Positions 53,801 through 64,000 of a stretch of DNA of 64,000 nt are shown one piece after another. How positions within the stretch are numbered: position 1 is the stretch's first letter; each line of letters opens with the position of its first letter. The notes below the pieces were generated by a model, which worked only from the letters and a program-made list of their open reading frames with translations, ran no database searches and was not told the origin of the DNA. Source of the stretch: Octopus vulgaris (Eukaryota); contig OX597822.1 in assembly GCA_951406725.2 (NCBI GenBank), positions 40,920,001-40,984,000 of the forward strand, given 5' to 3'. Position numbers and translations under genes: made by a program.

Positions 53801-54214
53801 CACGTCATTTAAACCCAGTTTGTGACACATTTTGTACTGGTGTATCAGCAATAAAGTAAAGAGCTAATCAAGTACAGAATGGTCGTTATAATCGACATCC
53901 TCCTACAACAGACACTAGATGGAACCATTTGATTGCTAGTGTTTGTTTACGATTTTTACTACACACCAGGTGAGTGTATTTAGTAGAGGGAAATTAAGAA
54001 CGTCGTGTGTGTGTGTGTGTGTGTGTGTGTACGTGTATGTATATATGTGTGTATGCGCGCGTACACGCGTGCGTGTCCTCCGCCATCGCTTGACATGTAG
54101 AGTTGGTTAGTTTACATCCCTGTAACTTAGCAATTCGGCAAAAAGAGACTGATCAAATAAGTGTCAGTCTTTAAAACAGCTAATGAGTTCTGGGATCGAT
54201 TTGTTCGACTAAAC

Positions 54215-54530
54215 CATAGGTTCTCAAAGTGGGCGCTACCGCCCCCCGGTGGACGTTGAGACGGTCAAGGCGGTCGCTGGTGCCTAAGGGGGTAGGGGCA
54301 GTAGAGAAAAAGGAGGCGATTGGAGGAAAGCAATGAATTGGGGGACGCTATGAATTTATAACATTATTATAGTATTGTATACAAATTATATTAAATATCA
54401 AATGATTCATAGTATATATAGATTAGTAAAATATAAAATATTTATTCACACATAAAAATAGGGGGTAGGGCGCCGGGGGTATTATGTGGCCATGAGAGGG
54501 GCGGTGGCCCAACATGTCTGAGAACCTCTG
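54215..54530. mobile_element. hAT MITE nested in a SINE B tail
   Basis: TIRs CATAGGTTCTCAAA / TCTGAGAACCTCTG; perfect 8-bp TSD GACTAAAC at 54207-54214 and 54531-54538. Confidence 0.9.
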
Positions 54531-55231
54531 GACTAAACCCTTCATGGCGGTACCCCAAAATGGCCGCAGTCAATGATTGAAACGAGGAAAAGGTAAAATC
54601 TACAAATGTTTAATTTCACAGCCGTCCTTAATTGTATAACATCTTTCATTCACTCACACATCTTTTATATAACTGGTTTACCCGACCCCAACGTCTTGTA
54701 GGCTCCCCGCCCCCGTTTAACGTCTCTTTGTGTAATTCATTGGAGGTTGCGTGATTTTAATAGGTGCCTAGTGTTAGTTTTACATTCCGTACCGCTACGT
54801 ACTTCTACGTTAAAATCCCTCGTAGGGTGGAACTTTATAAACCCTTTCATCCCACCGGAGGAGACGATAAAAATCAGAACCAGCCATGCAATGGGGTCGA
54901 TCTAATAACCAAAAGACAAACTGCAGCCAGTCCTGCCCTACCAACCTCAACACTTGGAGGAAATAATTATTAAACATAAAAACCCAGCAGTGCAACAAAA
55001 TATTAACGCAACAACAACAACAACAATATTAATCACTTCTAATCCAATAAATACTACCAAGGCGTCTCTATTACTACTACTACTACTGCTGCTGCTGCCA
55101 CTGCTGTTACTACCTCTAAAGCATTCCAACCAGTACCAAGGCAGAAATTAAGTCCCAGGTTCTCTCTACCGTGGAATTTTGGCGCCGTTGACTTGACTCT
55201 CCCGTATCGCCTGTCCACCCACCACTACTCT

Positions 55232-55315
<84 letters not shown>

Positions 55316-55469
55316 ACTACTACCAGCGTCACTGCCGCCGCTACCATTCTATATTCACCACCCACTCCAGTATACACTCAACAACTTCCATATGAAATTC
55401 ACAAACGTCTCCATCGGTAATTAAAAAATATGTGTATGCGCGTTTGTGTGAATGTATATTATATTTATG

Positions 55470-55596
55470 CATATATCTACATATATATATACACATATTA
55501 TATATATATATATATACATATATATACATATACATATATATATACATACATATATATATACATACATATATATATATACATACATATATATATACT

Positions 55597-55628
<32 letters not shown>

Positions 55629-55705
55629 CTTATATATATACATATATACATATATATATACTTATATATATACATATATACATATATATATACTTATATA
55701 TATAC

Positions 55706-55738
<33 letters not shown>

Positions 55739-55750
55739 CATATATATATA

Positions 55751-55781
<31 letters not shown>

Positions 55782-55975
55782 ACATATATATACATATATA
55801 TATATATATACTTATATATATATACATATATACATATATATACATATACATATATACATATATATATATACATATATACATATATATATATACATATACA
55901 TATATATATCATGTGTGTGTGTATATATATATATATATGTGTGTGTGTGTATGTATATATATATGTGTGTGTATT
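55470..55975. repeat. Compound (TA)n/(TACA)n microsatellite; representative of many such tracts (e.g. 9.2-11.9 kb, 31.2-31.7 kb, 36.2-37.5 kb)
   Basis: Directly visible. Confidence 0.95.
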
Positions 55976-56389
55976 ATACATGTGTATACACACAAACCAC
56001 GCGTACTGAGAAGACCGTATGAGCTTAAGGGATTTTTACAAACTAAAACTGCAACCTCTTAGTACCCTACACTAATACCACTACCAATACAATCACCACC
56101 ACCGATGATGATACTACTACTACTACTACTATCATCTAATATCGTCATCTTATTGCTGTTTAGTGGGGTACTGGCAGTAAGACAGAAAACGGTTGGGGTC
56201 GAAGGCAGAATTTGTTGAGCGAAAGATTAAATGCCTTGAAGCACTTGTGCATCAGGTCCCGAATTCAGCTCCAGACGAAAGCAAATTTTCTTTTTTGTTC
56301 TCGGGCCGATAAAAGAAAGTACTAGCAAAGTACCGGGAATTAATTAAACGATGCAGTTCTATCGCAATGATTATAATGAGGTCAACATT

Positions 56390-56570
56390 AGGCACAGGCG
56401 TGGCTATGTGGTAAGAAGCTTGTTTGCCAACCACATGGTCCCGGGTTCACTCCCGTTGCGTGCCACCTTGGACAAGCGTCTTCTACTATAGGCCCGGGCC
56501 GACCAAAGCCTTCCGAGTGGATTTGGCAGGCGAAAACAGAAAGAAGTCCGTCGCATATAAACATATTTAC

Positions 56571-56623
<53 letters not shown>

Positions 56624-56824
56624 TATTTTTGTCTGTTTGCCCCCTGTACGCTTGATAACTGGTGCTGGTGTGTTAACGTCCCCGCAACTTAGCGGTTCAA
56701 ATTTATGAGCAATAGGCTGTGGGGTAAGAAGCTTGCTTCCCAACCACATGGTTCCGGACTTCTGCCATAACCACGAACCGACCAAAGCCTTGTGAGTGGA
56801 TTTGGTAGACGTAAACCGGAAGAA

Positions 56825-56862
<38 letters not shown>

Positions 56863-56940
56863 AGAATAAGTCCTGGGGTCGATGCTCGACTAAAGGCGGT
56901 GCTCTAGCATGGCCGCAGTCAAATGACTGAAACAAATAAA
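56390..56940 (+). mobile_element. Two SINE family B copies (second internally deleted)
   Basis: Heads at ~56390 and ~56713. Confidence 0.8.
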
Positions 56941-57716
56941 ACTATAATAAACCGGTTATACTTCTTACATTATACAAAATAAATATTTCAGCAATTTTTC
57001 GTCCAATTCCTAATATATGATTATAAAAGTGTAGTAACATCGAATGGCTTGTCAGGGTCCACCCGAGAAAAAATAGAAATAAAGGAGTCCACAGGTGAAA
57101 AAAAGAAAATGGCCGGGAACGGGAATCACTGCATTAACGTGTCACCGAAAACGAGGTCTTCGGATTTGCTTGTAGGATACTTGTGGCAAGCATAATAAAT
57201 GCCTGTTAATTATCCTACATCTATTATAACTACTTAGGGTATGTGTGTGTGTGTGTGTGTGTGTGTAGACTAATGGATGGGTGGGTGGGTGTTTGAGGGA
57301 GTGGGGAGGGTGGGGTGGGGAGAGGGGGAATTCTGGATCTTATTTCTGGCTTAATCTTTCTTACTTAACACGTGGTGTTCTTGCTTCATCGAAAATACAA
57401 CCAGCACGACACTAATCTGCAAGGCATACCAGTGTTTACAGCAACATCAACAACAACGAGGCAGCTTGTACGTCACGGGTGGGAACACCCCCACCCGTAC
57501 CCCTCTCACCCACGTTCAAGTCAAGAAAGCCGCCGATGATGTGAAAATGAAAAGTTTCATGAGTTAAGGCCCAAACAGTAATTTAATATAAACCTTATAC
57601 GCCTTGTGTATTTGTAAAATTAAACATTTATTAGTTTTCTCAGCACAGACATGATCCCCTACTCACGGAGTCATATGCACTTGCGATCTACCCCAAGTAT
57701 TAAAAAAAATTTTCCA

Positions 57717-57875
57717 TAGGCGCAGGAGTGGCTGTGTGGTAAGTAGCTTGCTTACCAGCCACATGGTTCAGTCCCACTGCATGGCACCTTGGGCAAGTGT
57801 TTTCTACTATAGCCTTGGGTCGACCAAAGCCTCGTGAGTGGAATTGGTAGACGGAAACAGAAAGAAGCCCGTCGC

Positions 57876-57934
<59 letters not shown>

Positions 57935-58140
57935 TGTGTGTTTGTGTGTCTGTCCCCCCAACATCGCTTGACAACCGATGCTGGCGTGTTTAAGTTCCCG
58001 TAACTCAGCGATTCGGCAAAAGAGACCGATAGAATAAGTACTAAGCTTACAAAGAATAAGTCTTGGGGTCGATTTGCTCGACTAAAGCCGGTGCTCCAGC
58101 ATGGCCACAGTCAACTGACTGAAACAAGTAAAAGAATAGA
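57717..58140 (+). mobile_element. SINE family B, full length
   Basis: TAGGCGCAGGAGTGGCTGTGTGGTAAG head, CORE-like ACCTTGGGCAAGT, internal (TG)n, tail GACTGAAACAAGTAAAAGAATA. Confidence 0.9.
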
Positions 58141-58397
58141 AGAGTACTCCTGCAATTCTACACAAAAATAGCAGCTCAATATTCTTCAAATGACAGTCTA
58201 CTTTTTTATCTTTTTTCAAGAAAAAAAAAAGACATTGGATAATGTCTCGGATACACTATTTTGAAAATACTCGGGATGGTCACTGCTAGAATATCATTGA
58301 TCAGTGTGATCAATTAGGGTTGACCCGAGAGTAAAATAACAGCAACACCCGTTACAAAGAATATACTTCTAAAAAATGAGACATGAGATACTCAATA

Positions 58398-59110
58398 GCC
58401 TTTCTACTATAAGCACAAGGCCTTAAATTTGGGGGAGGGGAGTTAGTCGATTACATTGACCCAAGTATTTAACCGACCCCAAAAGGATGAAAGGTAAAGT
58501 CAACCTCGGCGGAATTTGAACTCAGAACGTAGCGGCAGACGAAATACCTATTTCTTTACTACCCACAATGGGCTAAACACAGAGAGTACAAACAAGGACA
58601 GACAAACGGATTAAGTCGATTGTATCGACCCCAGTGCGTAACTGGTACTTATTTAATCGACCCCGAAAGGATGAAAGGCAAAGTCGATCTCGATGGAATT
58701 TGAACTCAGAACGTAACGACAGACGAAATACTGGTAAGCATTTCGCCCGGCGTGCTAACGTTTCTGCCAGCTCGCCGCCTTCAACGGAACAACCGGCTCG
58801 TAAAATGAACGTGCAAGTGGCTGAGCACTCCACAGATACGTGTACCCTCAACGTAGTTCTCGGAGAGATTCAGCGTGACACAGAGTGTGACAAGGCTGGC
58901 CCTTTGAAATACAGATACAACAGAAACTGAAAGAGTGAGAGAAAGTTGTGGTGAAATAACACAACAGGGTTTGCCACCACCCCGTTGCCGGAGCCTCGTG
59001 GAGCTTTAGGTGATTTCGCTCAATAAATACTCACTACGCCCGGTCTGGGAATCGAAACCGCAATCCTATGACCACGAGTCCACTGCCCTAACTACTGGGC
59101 CATTGCGCCT
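58398..59110 (-). mobile_element. SINE A (58398-58781) abutting SINE C (58782-59110)
   Basis: Reverse matches to both family consensus sequences. Confidence 0.85.
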
Positions 59111-59887
59111 TCACACTGACATATAAGTGCGGCATTAATGAGGATGGTAGGAAAATGTGTTAAATTGAGGGAAATTAAAGACCGAGGAAAGATTCCTGTT
59201 ACGGTTATGTCATTTCACTTCAATTCTTCCAACCACCAAACGTTTCTCTTCGTTGTCAATAAACTGGAGAGAAATCGGTTCAGTCATGTACATATTCACA
59301 CGTTTTCTTTAGATGCTGTATATTTAAACGTATGATGTATATTATTGGATTGGATTAGACTATCTATGTTCAGTCCACTGCAGAAAGAAGTCCTTCGCAT
59401 GTTCTCTGCTGTGGAGGCCGTGAAGTTGAACTTGAAATCATACTGGTTTGATGAGTCTACTCTGCCACACTGGCTCGACATGGCTTGGCAGAGGGGTGCA
59501 ATTTTTATACTCTTACCCAGGAATAGTTAAATCGATTGCATCAACTCTTTTTTATCAGTGCTCAACTAGTGCTTTTATATACTTGTATATCATACATAGG
59601 TTTACTTGCATGTTGTTTCACATTTTACACACTGGAGAGAGAAAGCCTTTATAGTTTATGCAATTTAAATAATGGTTTGTCCCATTTCTATTACCTACAG
59701 AAGGCACTACTATCTTAACTGCGAAAACACAAGACACTAACTACTGCAACAACTGTCATGCGCTAGGTCTACCACAACCTTAGTTCACATCAACAACACC
59801 AACATACAACATCACTACATCCCATATTCTCACACCGTCACCAGTCCAGATAAGTACACCACAGTCTATAATATTACAGGCAACCAA

Positions 59888-60206
59888 GATGGCGAGCTAG
59901 TAGAAACGTTAGCACGTCGAGCGAAATGCTTAGCGGAATTTCGTCTGTCTTTACGTTCTAAGTTCAAATTCCGCCGAGGTTGACAATATTACAGGCGGCG
60001 AGCTAGCAGAATCATTAGCACACCGGGCAAAATGATTAGCGGCATTTCGACCGTCTTTATGTTTTGAGTTCAAATTCTGTCGAGATCCACTTCGCCTTTC
60101 ATCCATTTCGGGGTCGATAAAATAAGTACCATTTGAGAATTGGGGTCGATGTAATCGACTTACTGCCTCCCTTGAAATTGCTGGACTTGTGCCAAAATTT
60201 GAAACC
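59888..60206 (+). mobile_element. SINE family A head plus a full copy
   Basis: GGCGAGCTAGTAGAAACGTTAGC and AGGCGGCGAGCTAGCAGAATC heads. Confidence 0.8.
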
Positions 60207-60794
60207 ATTATTACAAGTAACCATACAACTGGAGCTCACACATTACAAACACCACAACAAATATTACCCCAAACATAATACTCCCACATCAGTAATACTA
60301 CAATAACAAACTCAACCACAAACTCACCAAGCCGTTCTAGCCACAAGGGCCCAAAATAGAGGGGGACAAACAAGGACAGAAGCCGCTCATCAGACCAACC
60401 ATCACATCACTATCAACAAAACCATGTACAATTGAAACCAAAGTGCCACACAAACCTTACACCCCTATCTACAAATGACCCTGTCTGTTCACCAAATCAT
60501 AAACCCCTATCCAGAAATGAACTAAGCTAAACCAAACAACTCGCCCTTATTCATAAATGAACCAATCTGCCAAGCAAACCGTACACCCCTATACACAAAT
60601 GAGCCAGCCTGCTGCTGGCAAATCTCCATAAAGATATTTGTCCTGTCTCTTCCAATTTACCTACATAAAAGCAACTTAATGTTCTCTGTGACACAGTAGA
60701 CGGCGAGTTCGGGGTCTTATACAGAGGTAGGATCTACTTTACACACACACAACGCCGCTACCCCGATCCTTCTACTTTGATATCGTGCTGTCTG

Positions 60795-60853
<59 letters not shown>

Positions 60854-61106
60854 AACTAAACACTGCAGCTCTCTCAACACTATACACACACCCACCACCA
60901 TCAAGCCCTCAACAACATACTATAATAAATGCTATTCCAGCTTCATTTCCTTTCTGTTATTAACAAAACTCTGAAGGAATTCAGTCTTGTCTTATTAGCA
61001 GTGACAATTTCAACATCAGTAGTCCTGATGTTTTAGGATAAGCCGCCGGGAGACACACCCCTCATTATGTGTATGTGTGCAAATTCGAGAATACATCTTA
61101 TCTATT

Positions 61107-61161
<55 letters not shown>

Positions 61162-62138
61162 TACACACATACACGTGCACATATACTCACACGTATTTAT
61201 GTATATGTCACACGTCCGCTACGCTCGGATGTGGAAAGACAGTTTAACTATAGTAAGAAAGCCTGTCGCATTTCCGCGGCCTTTCTTCGTCCGAGCGCAC
61301 ACGAAATTGTTAAACCTAATTGAACACACACGCGCATACTCTCACACACACACACACACTACACACATATATGTGCATATACATATCTATATATATGTAT
61401 GCACACACGCATACACAACATGGCCCAAACTAAAACGCTTTTTTTTTCATTACAGCGACTTTCCCCGTTTCTCTACACTTCTCTCTTTGTCTAAATTTTA
61501 ACGTCCGAAACGTCAAAGTCACTTGTACTTTCTTTTCTGTCAACGAGCGTCACAATGATGTTAATTTTTGCATTATGTCTTCACTGTTAGTCGACTATAT
61601 TTCATTAATTCATCTTGTTGGTCAGTATTTAATTCGGTAATCCTTGGTTAGTCATCTATACTTTGTTACTAACCTTCGGTTAACTATATTGTATTCACTA
61701 ATATTTAGTTATTTCATTAATCGTAAGATAGTCAGCAAGAATTCATCTGTTCTAAATTATTAAAAGCTATGAACTTAACTACAAATAGATTCCAATTAGC
61801 GTGTACTCTCTAAATGGTTGCTCGACCAGTTAGGTGAAGTAGTAAAATCTCCCTCAAATTATCCTGTCTTGAAATGAGAAACGTGTTGGGTGATGTTATT
61901 CTACATCTAGAATAATCAAGTACATGAATGGTTCTTGGTTAGATCGGTTTTAGCCACAGGTTTACTAGATCAACCACAACTTTTGCTACTAATATTACCT
62001 AGTACTCTACAAGTTAAATAAAGTAGTCCTCACATTGCGCCTACATAAAAGATAGAGGTTGGCCACAGCTAAAACATCTTTGATTATTTGTCGGCTGACT
62101 TTGGGCTAAAACGATACATTGATGAAGCTCAAGACGTA

Positions 62139-62300
62139 TCGTATTTTAACGTGTATAAGGAACCCCTTAATTTTAGGGGCTTAAAATTTGGAAAAAAGGT
62201 TTTGTAAGGGATTATAATACTATCCATAATATAAGAAACCCCCATATTTTGTGACCTAATTTTTGACAAAAACGGGTTCCTTATACACGTTAAAATACTG
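62139..62300. mobile_element. pogo/Tigger-type MITE
   Basis: TIRs GTATTTTAACGTGTATAAGGAAACCC / GGGTTCCTTATACACGTTAAAATAC. Confidence 0.8.
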
Positions 62301-62651
62301 TGTGTGTGTTTTTTTTTTTTAGATTTATTTAATTTTCCTTCATTGCAGATTTCAAGCCGGTCGCTAAAAAGGTGACAAGGCTCCCTTTTGTAAGTCAAGA
62401 TAGCGCTTGGCGTCTGCGGGTTTCGGAACTGGTTAGTATGAGCATCTATTACTGAAATTCTGGATAAATTTGCACTTGTGTATAGGGTGTTCATGTTGTG
62501 TTTAATACACAACTTTGAATGCTTCACTACTGTTTACGCATGCGCGTGTTTTACAAGTATGAGAGTGCACCCCAGTACGCATTTCATATAGATATGTAAC
62601 TGTGTACAAGCGTTCAGCCCAGATAAAGCAAATGGAGAATCACTGGACTCA

Positions 62652-62903
62652 CTGCCGGTGGCACGTAAAAAGCACCATCCGATCGTGGTCGATGCCAGCT
62701 CCCTCTGGCCCCTGTGCCGGTGGCACGTAAAAAAGCACCCACTACACTCTCGGGGTGGTTGGCGATAGGAAGGGTATCCAGCTGTAGAAACACTGCCAGA
62801 TCAGACTGGAGCCTGGTGCAGCCTCCTGGCTTCCTAGACTCCAGTCGAACCGTCCAACCCATGCCAGCATGGAAAACAGACGTTAAACGACGATGATGAT
62901 GAT
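62652..62903 (+). mobile_element. SINE/LINE 3' end with (GAT)n tail (RTE-type tail by inference)
   Basis: Duplicated TGCCGGTGGCACGTAAAAAGCACC, then TGGTTGGCGATAGGAAGGGTATCCAGCTGTAGAAA, ending GACGTTAAACGACGATGATGATGA. A reverse fragment lies at ~7868-7892. Confidence 0.7.
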
Positions 62904-64000
62904 TATATTCGGAGAATGCGGGGTTTTATTTATTTATTTATTTATTTTTGAAGAAACCCAGCATTTCTAGGCTTTTGTGCAAACCTGTTGTTACATAGCC
63001 TAATGCACCTATGTTAATACATATTATTAATGTATGAATCACTGTATGTTTGAACGTTCTAATGTATACAAATGTATGCAGAACTTTAAATAGGCAAGTA
63101 TGTTGATTAATCATGTGACTAAGGTTTAAAATTGCTTTATATCATACATACACCTGTACGCGAGAGTCTTTCTATAGTAGCTGTTATCTTCAAACCAGCT
63201 AAAATAACTATTTACTTCACATACATACACACACTCACTGGATGTATATAATTTTTTTTTTTCAGTGAAAGTTGTTCAGTTAGAACGAAATTCGACTGTT
63301 TCTTCAATTAGACAAACATACGCCACCAACCGTATGTAATTGAGGATGCAGCTTTAGAAATTATTACGGACCATTATTAAACCTTAATCATACCATACCA
63401 TTCCTTAACTATTCAAACTGTTCTGTCTACTAACCAAATTGCCTTCGAATGAGACAGCACGTACGCAAAACGGACTTTTCTCAGAAAAAGCAATGTTTAT
63501 AATCGATGTCGTAAGAATTAATTTATAAACTAACGAGAGAACGTGAAATAATTTTTTTTTTAAGGTCGGATCTTGAATCACATGAATAATATTGAGTATT
63601 GGATTGAAAGAACCCTTGGGTTTTTTTTTGGGGGGGGGTTGTATCCCAAAGGATTTTTCAACTCAATTTTCCCATACAATTCTTTGTAACTTTTATGTAC
63701 TTCGAGATCCACTGTTCCAAGATACAAAAACAACATTTACTGTTTATGGTATTACCAACAAAAACTCAGATACCCCATTATCTCACCTTTCCTTCTTTGC
63801 ATATAAGCGTTTGTTTGTGAGTGTATGTACGTGTATATGCATATATACATAAAATGAGCTCAATAAATGCGTAAGTATATGTATGTAGGTATATGTAGGC
63901 ATGAAGGTGATAATATGTATGCGTACATGCATGCAAATATGTGTCTGTGTGTTTGCATGCTGGTATGTATATGTGTATGTGATTATATGCGTTTATGTAT

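Noticed and set aside
8873-56062. Dozens of 60-230 aa ORFs rich in YI, HT, CV or MYVC
   Set aside because: Translations of (TA)n, (CA)n and (TACA)n microsatellites; not genes.
60452-60622. CRISPR-like reading of periodic arrays (also 47143-47475)
   Set aside because: Eukaryotic context, degenerate repeats, linkers too short or similar, no cas genes.
61483-61520. GAAACGTC hammerhead-like remnant
   Set aside because: No recognisable CUGANGA core or stem II.

Overview
Eukaryotic, AT-rich, microsatellite- and SINE-dense DNA. The repeat landscape suggests an octopus (inference; no database check). The only host gene I can support is a BAMBI (BMP and activin membrane-bound inhibitor) homologue on the minus strand. 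Two coding exons are visible: the Cys-rich ectodomain (28721-29068) and the TM plus cytoplasmic tail (14395-14831). The signal-peptide exon could not be placed. The rest is intronic or intergenic: two decayed mariner transposons, several hAT, piggyBac and pogo-type MITEs, at least four SINE families, Penelope-like (PLE) retroelement relics and many simple repeats. Nearly all ORFs in the supplied track are microsatellite or SINE artefacts. The most interesting signal is a ~275-nt near-perfect palindrome (6192-6465). Each arm carries a minimal type-I hammerhead-ribozyme fold with a swapped G3:C8 core (GUGAACA), and several degenerate hammerhead-like motifs lie near PLE relics. Ribozyme activity and novelty are untested.
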